A program made the position numbers and the translations under genes. A DNA stretch of 64,000 nucleotides from Podarcis vaucheri (lineage: Eukaryota): the NCBI GenBank assembly GCA_965113315.1, contig OZ220364.1. One strand, written 5' to 3'. Shown here piece by piece: positions 50,971 to 63,454 of this stretch (position 1 is the first letter of the stretch; every line of letters starts with the position of its first letter). A model generated the notes under the pieces. That model saw only the letters and a list, made by a program, of their open reading frames with translations, made no database searches and had not been told where the DNA came from.

Positions 50971-51203
50971 AGGGTTGCCATATTTCAAGAAGTGAAAATC
51001 TGGGCACAAAAGTTGAGCTTTTCTTTGCAAAATCTTGAGGGGGGATTTAGTTTGTAAGCTGCGGTATTTTTTTAGGAGATTCACCAAAATCTACACTTCC
51101 AACATGGGCTGCCATACATCTGGATTCACCCACGCATTTTAAAAGCAATTCTGCCCTGTTTCTGATGGCCAAATCCCAGCTGTATCTGATGTATGGCAGC
51201 CCT
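50970..51203. mobile_element. hAT-type MITE (TAGGGTTGCCA termini); related copy at about 52320-52474
   Basis: TAGGGTTGCCATA ... TATGGCAGCCCTA inverted ends. Internal AAAGTTGAGCTTTT..TGCAAAATC is shared with the 52320 copy. Confidence 0.7.
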
Positions 51204-53219
51204 ACATTCACTAGTTAGTGTTCCTGTTCCTGCCTCTTTTTCTGTTCTTTTATAAGTGGCAGCCATTTTGTGTTATGTCATGGCAGCCATTTTGTGACTG
51301 CCACCCAACATTCCAAAAGTACCCACTGGCCCCAAACAGTTGGCAAACCCTGTACTAGAAGGAAGCATTAGGTCTTCTCTGCTAGCAAACAATGAAATTG
51401 TGCAATAGAGAGCTTGTTTTATCTGCATGTAGTGAAAAGAGGGTTAGGTTAATATTATTTTATTCATGTTGTGAGAAGCAGAACAGGCAAAACTGAGAGC
51501 TCCCAATCTATAACCCACCTCTTTCCCCTGATTCTCCTTCACATTACTGAACAAAAACACACAAAATATTTTATTGGCATGACAAGATTATCCCTGAACA
51601 GGCGCCAAAATATAAAGGGTATAAAGGAATGAGCTGCTCTGGTTTCTTTCAAATCTCAACCTACTGCTGTTGGAATACAACAATATGAGGTTTCAAGTTA
51701 CATCAAACCCTTCATTTTTCAGGTGTCACAGTAAATAATTACACTGTGCTTCAGCTATGTAACCATACACGTTTAATCATCCGTGCATCCACACATTTAG
51801 CAAAAAATCGTTGCAGTCTATGTACAAAACCACAGTGCTTGATTACTAGGGAAGATACAAAATATATGCAAATATTTCCACACATAAGTACATCCTTAGA
51901 GCAAACAGTTTGGAAAAAGTTAAACATCGGGTGCTTGCCATTGTTTTAATGATTCATGAAGCTAAGAATCTCTTGTTAATCCACTGTTGTTTAAATCTGG
52001 TCCTGAATTTCAGTTCTTAGGACTTGTGTTGAATATAACTGCAAACGTTTGCATATACTGATACCTTTAGCTGAAACACGCAAAATATATTGCAACATCT
52101 TACCCTCTCTCTCACTTTCTAGTCTGTACCCCGTAAGGAAATTGGCAGGTTGTTCCTAATCTTGTAGAAACAGGGGCAGGGAGTCAACTCTAAACTGCTG
52201 AAGGGATCCATGGGTGAGGAGTGCAGAACTCTCCCCCCCCCCACTTGCCACTTTCCTCCTGTCAGCACTGGATGTCAACTGAGGATAAAAGTGCTCTGTG
52301 TGTATGTGTGTGCGCACTCTAAGGTTGCCACATTCCTAAAAAGGGGGTGGGGATTCCCAAAGTTGTTGAGCTTTTTTTGCAAAATCTCAGAAATACTCAA
52401 TTTCTGCCCTGATACTGTTTACGAGGGCTGAATACCAGCTATGTCTGGGAAATTCCAGATATATGGCAACCCTAGTTTGTGCAAATTTTGAATCTATAAA
52501 CTGTGGGCTGACTGCTACTAACAATGGACTCGTCTTACTATAAACATGCAAATTTGTTATAATCAGTTTGTCTGATTACTATAGAACTGGGAATATAGGG
52601 ACAAAATTTGTGTGTGTGTGCTCAAGTTTCCCAAACTTCTGAGTTTATTTAAAGTCGTAATTGACCCCAACCCAAATTCTTAGGAATGTAAATGAAATAA
52701 AGTCAAGAAACAGGAATATATAATCTACATTTATTAATTAGCAACCACCATTCCTAGGAACCATAACATGTAAAAAACAAGGAAGAGAACCAAGAGAAAA
52801 TAATAATGATACCATATGCATCTGTACATGTCCATGCCTTTTATTTCTAAGATTCCTAGTTCCTAGTTCTTGGTGTGTGTTTTTGCACTATATCTTGTAA
52901 ATTTATTTTTCACCCAAGGCCTGCTTTGATTCCTAGGTCTTTATTCACTCCCTGCACAGTCCCATCAATCCCAATGGGTCAGTACTGACCACTTTGGAAA
53001 CTAGCTGGTTTCTGCATGCATGGTCACCCCTGGAGGATTGCAGCATCAAGTGGTGACTTGCATAATACCACAGCTAGAACTTTATTTTCACCTTATATCA
53101 CACTTTGCCTTTCAGCAGAGTAGCTTCATATAAGCAGCTGTGTTAGCTAAGCTTGAGTAATTAAGTTAAATACGTGTAAGCAGTGCTTATGGATGTGCTG
53201 GTACTCCATACCAGTGAGT

Positions 53220-53220
<1 letters not shown>

Positions 53221-53281
<61 letters not shown>
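53221..53281. repeat. Compound (CT)n(CA)n microsatellite
   Basis: Direct observation. Confidence 0.95.
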
Positions 53282-53283
<2 letters not shown>

Positions 53284-53379
53284 ATGTGTGTATGAGCCCT
53301 GTGTAAGAGATGTCTTAAGAGGGAGTGGGTAATACAGTTTGTTGTGCCTGCTCTACTGCATTTGCTTTCAGTATCAGAG

Positions 53380-56300
53380 AAGTCACCATGTTTGATGAAC
53401 AGTGAAAAGAGACAATAATATATGCCTCTGGACGTCGTAAGAAAGGCATGGTAATAGAAGTCACCTGTGGTTAGCAGGAATTTCTTCAAGGGTACCTAGC
53501 CGGTAGTAAAGGAGGGCACCCTACAATCCATGGATGGAATTGAACTGGACTAGCATTTGGATCTTAATTCAACACTGGTAATGGAACAGCATCTTCCACA
53601 GCATCTGATGGGCTGGCTTAGGGGGTGGCACACACCGATCTACCTCCCCACATCTCACTGATGCTGCCTGCCTCTCAGCATCTGCTGCCTGACCTCACTC
53701 TGCCTAACAATAGGGCCAGTCTTGCAACCTAGTGGGGGAAGTTCTGTAAACTGGGTCTGTGTTTTGTTCTTACCTCTTGGAATACCTGTAGGCCAACAAT
53801 TTGTGAGGGTTGGTGGGGGTTGTAAATAATCTCTTACATGGCAAGTCTTTAGCACAAGCAGTTTTGAGAGAAATGGTTAAACATCAGGAATGTAAAGATT
53901 TAATGATTCATGAAGCAAAGTATCACTGCCTGCCCGCCCCAATGCATTTGCTTTGCACTTTGATTCTTTAGTGATAGAGGTCTGGCCTGGAACCCAATAC
54001 CATATTATGTTGTTTGGTTTGTGTCTGAGGCAGTTTATTATTAATAATATAAACAAACCAATTCTGCCTGCAACCTTAGTTGCTAAGCGGAGGAGTGTTT
54101 TGTCTGGAGATGAATAAAAGGCCAGGGAAAAAACAAGAGGGTGAGGGCCAAGAGGAGAGTGGGCCTTAAGGAGTGCTTAGCTAGTGTACTTAGCTGGAGG
54201 CCAAGGCCTCAGAAAAAGGAACCATTCTCAAACTAGTGTTCCGGACCAGGCAAATGGTGCTCTCTTTGGGTCATGAAGAAATGGTACTCAGTAGCACTAG
54301 ACTGGAGGCAGCAACTCCTCACTGCTCCCCCCTTCCCCAAGAGATAGGCCAGGAGTGGGGAATTTGCCACACACACACCCCGATGTTGCCAGATTATAAA
54401 ACCCATCACCTCCGACCATTGGCCATGCTGACAGGGGCTGATGGAAGTTGGAATCCAACGGCACCAAGAAGGCCACCGGTTCCCCACTCCTGCAGTGAGA
54501 AGCTGCATAGGCACTCCTATGAGTTGACAATTCCTTGTTAGAAGAAAGCACTGGAGTATTATGCTGCTTTTGTATTAAATCTGTAAGTTTAGAATGAAGG
54601 CAAGCCCTTGTCCAACTAGACATGACTAGTCTTTCATTTTGTTTCTATTTTGCTGGTAAAACTAGTTATTTTTAATAGTTACAGATTGTGAAATACAGTG
54701 ACAATGCAAAAAATACAAAAATGTGCGGCATTTGTAAACACATATACCATTGCAAAGGATTTATATGGTTTGAAGTCTGTGTCATATTTCATCTTCTTAA
54801 AATGGATGTAAAGAGAAAAAGCTCCCAAATAAAATGGCACCTTTTTCTATCTTGCTTTAAGGCAGGAATGAACGGGATCCTGTTCGCAGGGTGAATTCAA
54901 AAATCCCTCACCCACATGGGCCAGCTTTGACAGATGGTCAGGACCACCCACTTGTTAATCACCAGAGATCAGGTTAGTGACACCTGTCAAAGTTCAAAGG
55001 AGGTAACTATAACTGCTGAGCAGCTAACTGGAGGTTACAACAACCTCCTTTGAAGATGCACTTTCAGCATTACAGTAGTCAGCTGACTGGAGGCATTCGT
55101 CTTTAAGAGGCTTGCTGTAACTGATCCTGGCTACAGAGAACCCCTTGGAAGCATCTGCAGAAGGGGAAATGCTTCAGTTTTCATGGGATGCTGTACTTTG
55201 AATCCAAACTGCTTCATCTAGAGAGGAAAAATGCTCTATTTAATTTTTTTTTAATTCAAATTCAGAATGAGGCACTTTTTGTTTTTACAGTAACTTTTTA
55301 TTGCTTCGTCATCCCAGAATCCTAGAAGTAACCTAATACCTACAAGCACCTAGAAGACTAAATTCAGTCTACAATCTCCATCTATAGACTAGGACTTGTG
55401 CTACGAGTAGAGAAAGTGGGAGACATGTCCTCTTGCCTTATCCTGTTTCCCTTCCTCAATGGCCATAGGGAATCCCTGTGCCTCTAGAAGGAAGGCAGGA
55501 GTCATTGAGAGAAAGAGCTTGCCCAATTTCTGTCACTCTGAGTTCCAGGAAAGCCTTTAACAACTCCTGGGAAGCTCGCCATTGCTCTCCTGCTGCTAGG
55601 GGGAAGGAGGCCAGAGAGCTGCACTCCCCAAAACCCTGTCATGTTCTTGATGGAGAACTGTTGATGGAGAGACTTCATTGCCAAAGTACAAAAATTAACA
55701 CATCATCATCATCAAACCTTTTATTGGCATCACATACAACATCCAAACAAATCAATACAGAATTACCACTTCCCCAGTGGCAAAAAACATTTGCTAAAAG
55801 AAAGGAGGCAGAGCAGTCTATCGTCACAAAAAATAACACAACCACAAGTATATTAAACCACAAGTGTAATACAACTTCTTAAATTGTATGTTATTTATGT
55901 ATTTTCTTTATGTATGTATTTATTTTTAAATATTTGTACATGGAATTTTTTATTGATCTATAAGTCACTTTAAGATTTTTTTGTATGGCTCAGGCTGCAA
56001 TATATGTGGAGTTAGAGGCAGGGCTGAGGGGCACTGGAAGAGCTGGCAAATTTTATCCTTGTTCTGCTTCCTCTTCAGAGAGCGGAGGAGTGGGTGCTGG
56101 GAACACACCCTAGAGGCCTTCCACAGTCAACCACAATCCCATTATTAAAGCACTCAGCAGCTATGGAGCCATTATCGCTAATGGTGCCACAAAGGACTGA
56201 GTTCTGGTGGTAAAGTGGGGGTGGGAAGAGTTGGAGTCAATTCTCAACTGAACAGGAGAGGTAGTTGCATATGCTGAGCAGTTCAAGCAGCCAAAAGTTC

Positions 56301-56400
56301 CTTCACCAGAGAGTAGTTGAGTTTCCCTTCCCACAATGACCTTTGGCAAGGTAGATATGTATCAGCATTGCTGAGCTAGGAGTGCGTTTCTAATGTGCTG
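53380..56400 (-). pseudogene. Possible decayed vertnin-like unit U12
   Basis: LLSGEGTF...VQLRI (ORF 56161-56349) ~ VCKGEGSL...LELRA; SYSYLL*TLTGVT (about 55015-54975) ~ SYSHLCERYSVT; FLTTSRGIYY (about 53445-53415) ~ FPLTARSTYY. Confidence 0.45.
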
Positions 56401-58629
56401 CTGCATGGAAGCTCATCTTCCTCCATTGTGATTCTTAGGCAAGAATCCCATGCTACCTGGAGCCTGTGGCTCTATAACAAGGGCTGTCTGTCTGGGCAAG
56501 AGAGGGTGCTGCCACTATGCCATCTGTTCCACTGCTCCACTAATCAATTCCCCCAGCCCCTCTCTTCCCAGTAATAACGACATTCATACCCCACTGTTTC
56601 TCCAAGGAGCTCAAGGTGGGATGCGTAGGTCTCACCCCTGTCCGTTTTATCCTTGCAAAAACCTGTGAGATAGTTAGGCTGAGAGCCAATGGCTGTGTAC
56701 ACCTTACAGGCTTAAAACTCAGCTAGGTCATTCTTTATCTCAATTCAGATCGAAGCTAGTTTGAGGGGAAATGCATCAAAGTATTTACTAAGTAATTTCG
56801 GGATAGATATGGATTATGGCTAATGTGTAACATGCTTCCTGGTGGGGGGGCACACTGGATGCAGAGTAAACAGTAGTGTGTACACAGCCTATGGGTGGCC
56901 CAAAATCACTTAGCAAACTTCATGGCTAAGTAATTGGACCACAACACCACACCAGGGTGACAGTGGACCAGTGAGGATATGGGCAAAGATTAAAAGACAG
57001 GTGCATGGGCGTAGCCAGGATTTTTGTTGGGGAGGGGCAGGACTTTTTTGGGGGGGCAGAACCAATGTGATTGGTCAGTTAGTTAAGTATTTCTATTGTT
57101 TTATGGCCATGGACAGGTGGTGGGAAAAGGCAGGAGGTCCATTAGCTGTATTCTTTTTCTGTCTTCAAAAAAAGGTTCTGCTTCCAAGTTGGCACACCTT
57201 TCATGCAGTACTAATAATGTTTATTGTATATAAAGTCCTTCAACAAGGTAGGTCCTGCCCAGTATGAAAGAAATGGGCTCTGCCTGCTATCAAGCTTATT
57301 ATCTACATGTCAACACCTTGAGGACAGGTGAAAGAACAGAAAAGGAATGGCGGGGGAAAGGAAAGGAGAGGCAGAGACTGAAGGACAAAGGCTCAAGGGA
57401 AGAGGTGCATTTTCATATGTAGTGTAAACAAGGACAAGAAAGGAAAATTGCAGATGTGAGGGAGGCAGTGAGTGTCAGAGAAAAGGGGCAGCCAGAGAGA
57501 AAGAACAAGAAGAGTGTGACATAGAGGAAGCAAACTGGGGCAGAGGTGATGGAGAGAGTAAATAGACAGAACGAGAAGAAGATGTAGATAAAGGGAAGGA
57601 CAAAGAGATTTGTAAACAAAAACTATAGTAGCTTAAACTAGGCCCCACAAAGAAACAAAAGCCAAAGCGAGAAGTGCATCAAAGAAGAAATGTAGGCAAA
57701 GGAAGATATAGCACAAACATATACAGTGATATAAATTCACGTGTTGTTTTAATCCTTACAGCAACCCTGTAGGATAAGTCATGAGACAGAGAGAGATTTT
57801 CCAAAGGCCATGCCGTGACTTAATGGCAGAGGTGAGATTTGAATCAGGGTGTCACTCTACTTAGATTTTTTATTACAAGTTTTTATTTCATTTATGGCTG
57901 CAAGGTCCCCAACCCTGCACAAAGCTAGAACTGACAAAACTCAATTATTTATTTAAAACTGTGATCAGCAGCATAGCTATCTCCACCCACGCCCAAGCAG
58001 GAAGGCTATCCCGCATTAGTTACACCCTCCACCAGGAGTGTGGCTTGGAGCTAGCTGGAGCATTGTGTTCCATCTATAATGTGGTTTGAACATACGTATT
58101 TCATGGCTTGTTTTGTTTGTGCTGAATGCTCCTAAGTAGAGGAAGCTAGCAAGGAGCCATCTTGTCCTGACCACCCTGACAATGTGTTCCCACTGCCTTT
58201 CTCCTCTGGATTCCAACTGAATCTCCTGCCCGTCCCTAAAACCTTGTCACCAACTTTGCTTTGAGCTTGAAAGGGAGGCCCACAAGGTGGATTTTGTTCT
58301 AAGAGCATGACTGTAAGAACATAAAAATTGCCCTGCTGGATCAGGCCAAAGGCCCCTCTAGTCCAACATCCCCTTTCCCACAGCAGACAGCCAGATGCCT
58401 CTGGGAAGCCCCTAATTTGGATGTGAGTGCCCATCATCCTCTCCTGCTGTTGCTTCCCAGAAGCTGGAATCCGGAGACATGCAACCTCTGATACTGGAGG
58501 AGGGAGTACAGAGCCGTAGCAACTAGTAGCCATTAATAACTTTACTCTTCGTGAATTTGTCTAGTAGCTAGGCTGTGCAGATGGGAGGAAATGTTTTCTC
58601 TTCCGTTCCCTGTCGTATCTCTTCACCCT

Positions 58630-59467
58630 CCCTAACAGTCCTGCTGCTTTTCTGGGATATGAAATTCTGGGATATGTAAACACTTGAAGCTGCACTTCAA
58701 AGAAAGGTCATGGCGTTTCAGCCAGTAGATGAGAGAGCCATATGCCAACACCAACGCCGTCTTGGAGAATGCCAGGTTAGCGGTCGCCAAGTTCCTCCGG
58801 TGAGCACTGAGCATTGCCAGAGCAGGAAACTTGTTCTAGGCCCTTCCTGTCCTGCTCATGCTCATGTTTTTATTTACCCTAACCTTGCCTCCTTATCAGA
58901 TCTCTCTCCCTGCTCTCGCAATCCTCTTAACTACTCAATAGGAACAAGACAAAACAGAAAACACTGGGGTATCGTGGCTGCTAGAGACTTCCTCTCCTGC
59001 TCCACATGCAACTCATAGTTGGGCAGCTAGCCAGGCAATGTCACATGGAAAAAGAAGGTCCCCATCACCACCTGCCTTTCTTCCTTACGAGGGTGTGGTA
59101 TCTGCCTATTGTCTTGCTGTACCACTTCCCACTGGTGGGCAAAGAGCTGGGTAGAGTCTATTCCTGGCTGTGATAGTCAGCTAATTCCTACAAGGAACTC
59201 TGGATGTTAAATCTGTTGTTTTTGCTGGGTGGCGCAGATTAACTGTGTCCCTGCCACACACAATATGCTGGATGGAATGAAGAGATTCCCTCTGCCCATT
59301 CTAATGCACTTACATGATCTCACAGCCTGAGTCCAGCTTTCTGTGCACAAGCTGAAATGAGATAACAGGCTCTTCTGTGATTCTTGTTTTCTTGGGGGTC
59401 CTAGTAGTATCCTGCCCCCCTCAGAAAGCAAAGGCTTAACTTGTTGGTGTGTGCTTTTATAACCCAC
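58630..59467 (-). pseudogene. Decayed vertnin-like unit U13
   Basis: ORF 59207-59467: QQVKPLLSE ~ QLVQKVLQE; LLSHFSL ~ VLSSFTL; GRGNLFIPSSIL ~ GEGSLLFEAASML. CSFKCLHIP lies further down. Confidence 0.5.
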
Positions 59468-60944
59468 TCACCCTTTTTCAACCCTCTTCCCATACAGCAT
59501 GTTAGAGGCTGCTGAGCCATTGGGTAACCTTCTCAGAAGTGCTGCATGGAACACAACGTCCCCTTTCAACACTCTGAGGGTTTCATAATTTCTTGGTGAA
59601 GAAAAAGTGGCAATGAAGCCTCAGCAGGGGCCCTCTCAGGTGGCAGGCTCCATGGGGGCAGCAGATCCTGATGTAGATAGTCATTATTCCTTTGTTCCTG
59701 GTGTAGATCTTCACTCACCCCTTCTTCCCTGGTGGGGAGGAGCACCCTTTGGTGGCTTGCCTCAGGTGCCAAATTGTCTTGGGCCAGCTGTGGGCCCTCT
59801 TATGGCTTCTGTGCATGAACTAGATTTCCTACACAGAAGTCAGACCTTGCAGGAATCCAGCATCTAGTTCGCTCAGGGACAAACACATATATGTCTGTGA
59901 ATATGTCTGTGAATGTTTGCTGCGTGTAAGATGTATATCACAGGAGACATCCATAACTTCTCTTTAGAAAACATCATTTTGTGTAATGCAGACCCTAGGC
60001 TCCAAACAATGTGACACTTTGCTAGGTCAAGGCAAGATAGTCCTTCAGCCACTGCTGTCTTCAGGTGCCAAGACAGGGTTCCCAGGCAGATAGCTTTGTT
60101 CTGTCATTGCCCACACAACCACCTTCCATCTAAGGAAGTGCTCTGACTGCCTGGTTTGAAGCTGGCCATCGTAGAGTCACTATGGGTGTTGCTGTGCTTT
60201 GGCTGATAGCAGGCCTACAAGGCTAATTGATTGGAAGAGTCAGCTATGGAAGAGTCGGAGAGGAGGGGAAGGGGAGTTGAGTTTCTTCACAATGGTCCCA
60301 TCTTGGGGCCCTTCCATACTGGTGGTGCTTTTTGTGAGCGTATTCAGCAGCATGTCACCACTATAGTAATAGTGGTGGATTTATACTGGACTGCCAACAC
60401 ATCAATTCTGCTTTATTAGTTCTGAGATGCTTCCCCAGTGTTACCACATTATTGCCATCTGGGAGGACAAGCAGCACAAACCCCGTCTCACTCACCTCAA
60501 AAAGTTGCAGAATTTCAGCAGAAAGTTACGGTACAGGCACCCATTAGAAATGAAGCCGTATGTCTGCCTTGAAACTTTCGTAGGTGCAAGTGGTATTGAA
60601 ATTGCAACCACATCTAACCAGCCCAATAACATCATGACCACAAATCAGGATGACTGTCCCAGGTGTGTGTGGTCGGCACCAGGGTAAACATGGCAGAAAG
60701 TTTTTGGTACCCCACCCCACAGGTGCTGGAAGGGTGATGTGTGCATGTAAGAATACTTAAGAGGAATCATGACTCCCTGTGCCAGTAAGTTCTATTCACA
60801 AAGAGTCCCTCCTCTCTTCCGAACTTTTCCATGCACGTTGAGAGTCTCATACTGCATCAGCAACAGAGGATTTGTGAGTTTCTTATGATCGTGAACTTGT
60901 GTCTAGAGCTACAAAATATAACTTTTTTTTTCATGCAGGAGAGT

Positions 60945-61089
60945 TTTGCTGCGGCGGCTCGTGCGGAACAAATCCTTCTTTGGAAGGCGACCGAGGAGGA
61001 GGAGGAGCAGCAGAAGTAGTTCATAGCGTCCCCTAGTGGCAGAAGAGGGCGGTGCCCGTCCTATAAACTCGCACAGGAGCGGGGAAGGG
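60945..61089 (+). promoter_or_regulatory. CpG-rich promoter with CTCF-like site, GC box and TATA box
   Basis: Local CpG enrichment. Reverse-strand GCCACTAGGGGACGCTA at 61024-61040 is about one mismatch from the CTCF consensus. GGGCGG at 61047-61052 and TATAAA at 61062-61067. Confidence 0.7.
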
Positions 61090-61223
61090 CGAGGCAAAAG
61101 CGAGGCGAATGAAGTGTACTTCGGACTGAAGTCAGGGCAGCATCGGCGCCGGGCTCTTCCGTGTCGCCGGACGCAACCGAAGGCGAGACTCGGACGCGTC
61201 GGAAGCGCGCAGCCCTGAAGAAG
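61090..61223 (+). other. Probable non-coding first exon of the downstream gene (PTGER1 by synteny; not verifiable here)
   Basis: Starts about 25 nt after TATAAA (start approximate) and ends at a consensus donor AAG|GTGAGT (61224). In mammals PTGER1 follows GIPC1 on the same strand. None of its coding sequence is in the window. Confidence 0.55.
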
Positions 61224-63454
61224 GTGAGTCTCCTGCGCAGCTCCAAGCTCTTAATCCCTCCAATTTCGACGGGACGGGAAGAGGGCGCAGAGCTGGAGAG
61301 GGAAGGGAGCAGCACGAGTCGGGGCAAGGGGAAGGTGTGCAGGCTGAAGACCATCAGGGGCTGCTGGGGAGAAATCTGGGACTGCACGTGTCCCCTCCCG
61401 ACTTGAGATAAACGAATCTCGGGAGGACTCCGATGTGTTGAGAAGGGGCTCTCTTAAGGGGTAGCACTCCCAACATCTCTAAACACAGATTTGCTGCGCT
61501 ATGCAACCACTCTGGTGCACTGACAGCCAGAACGGCTGCAGACAGCACCAGGGTGTGTGGGGGTATTATTTCTTCTGTGTGTAAATTTAGACGTAAGGAG
61601 TAGGGAGTAACAAGAATATGGGAGTAACAAGCAGTAGCTGGCAAATTATTTGAGGTAAGGAAAATAGCGTGATCGTGAATAAGGATCTTGCACCAGAGGC
61701 AAATACAGCTTGGCTCGCCTACATAAAGTAACTGAGCGCCTGTTATTTCCCGGTAAACACAGCTTAAACTGCTCTGTTATAGTCACACTTAGGATGGGAT
61801 TTTCACCCCTGTTTGGCATGCTTGCTGATGGGGGCTTGGAGTGGGGATCCTAACCCTTGTAGACAGTTGTGAATGCTGGTAGTTAGTATTCAATAATTAA
61901 TTGATTTCGGAGCAAAAGGGTGTGGTGGTGGTCTTACTCTCCTGCGTCTGACGATAGCGCCTTGGGAGGCAGCTGGCTCTGAAGAGGGCCTGTCTAAATG
62001 CGGAAGAGGTCTTCATCCTCCACCATGGAAGGGATGAAAATGAATGGACTATTGGATTCTCTTCTGTGTTCCAAAGCGGAGTGTTTGCATTAGATAAAGG
62101 GTATCAGGATCCTGGTACCACATATTGACTACTGTACACGATCATAGATGATTATTTATATGAGTCTTAGTTGATTGATTAAATTTGCATAAGTTGCATA
62201 CAGCTAAAAGCAATATTTCTGAAGCAAGATGCATCCTCAGTTTTCAGATAATGTGCACACTTTGGATGACAGTCATCAATTTAGAAGGGGCACTCCTTTC
62301 TCTACCAGCCTTCTGAAAGAAAAGGTTGAATGCCTCTTTTACAGAGACACTTATCAACTTATATTAGATATCGGGGGATGGAGTCAAACTCAGTCATGTT
62401 CAGAATCGACCTATTGAAAACAGTGGAACTTTTTAGTTGTGGCTAATATGAGAACCCTTGATTCCAAGGGGTCTGCTCTAAGCATGACTAAATATGGACC
62501 CATCAACATCCACTATTTGATTAATCCAGGACAGCTTTTTAGTCAATGAAATAGTCTAACGGATTAACCAATTAATCAAAATTTACAGCCCTAATATTTT
62601 ATGCCCCACATTAATTAACTATTTCTAATGTAGTAAATAAATAGAACTCATTTTCCCCCTGATAGTGATTGTGCCCCTCAAATGTTTATTGAAAGAATTA
62701 ATATATTACCTCCCTTTTACTAACATTACCCTTCTGTTAATACTACTGGGCAGTTAAAGGATGTTAAGGGAGGGGTAAGCAAAACAATTGCTCATTAAGT
62801 GTACCTCTCTGGATGCTGTTTCTCATTCACAGAGACAAATGGGAGCTATAGTATATTAGAAGTTATGACTCACTCAATCATCCGGTTCTGAATATAGCCC
62901 TAGGTTAGTTGAGCCAGACAATAGGAATAAAACAAAAATAAAGCAGAGTGATTCAGTTATGCTACATATGATTACTACAGAGAGCTCATGATTTAAACAC
63001 ACACACCACCCCTCTGCTGTAAGTGGCAATGATGGCTATAGCTTAATAATAAAACTTGCTTCTGGTACTAGTATATTATTTTATACCGCTACGCCCCATC
63101 CATCATAAGAAAAGCATGTTTCTCTTTCATACTCTATGCAAATGTTAGGTACATGTGTTGAACTATTAGTAAATATCTAAAATCCACAGCTGCACAATAC
63201 TTTTATTAGAACCAACTAAAGTATCGCAAAAAGTGAGCAAGCTTCCTAGTTCCCAGTAATTTTTTCTCAGGTTATGTAAATGGTGAGAGGGGAGTCAAAG
63301 AGAAAGCTCTTCTGTTGAAGACTTGAAGTCTGCAATTGATGTGCAGTCCTACACATACTTACTTATGAGTAAGTTCAACTCAATGCTGTGCTAGGTGATA
63401 AACTCATTTTCAGTTACATACACGCACAGAGACACACCCCATTTTAAGACTGTT

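Larger units (their letters stand above)
60200..62400 (-). pseudogene. Possible decayed vertnin-like unit U14 straddling the CpG promoter
   Basis: CTA TGA TCG TGT ACA GTA GTC AAT ATG (62147-62121) reads L*SCTVVNM, which becomes LRSRTVVNM ~ LRARTVVEM after reversing two CpG deaminations. PTKVSRQTY (about 60585-60560) ~ PEISRSTY. Confidence 0.45.

Noticed and set aside
60909-61644. ORFs across the CpG island
   Set aside because: GC-rich, stop-poor promoter sequence with no recognisable protein. The donor at 61224 points to a non-coding first exon.
1700-62400. An intact, functional VRTN orthologue
   Set aside because: Every unit has multiple stops, frameshifts and TE insertions, similarity is low, and the synteny does not match VRTN. 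No gene symbol was assigned.
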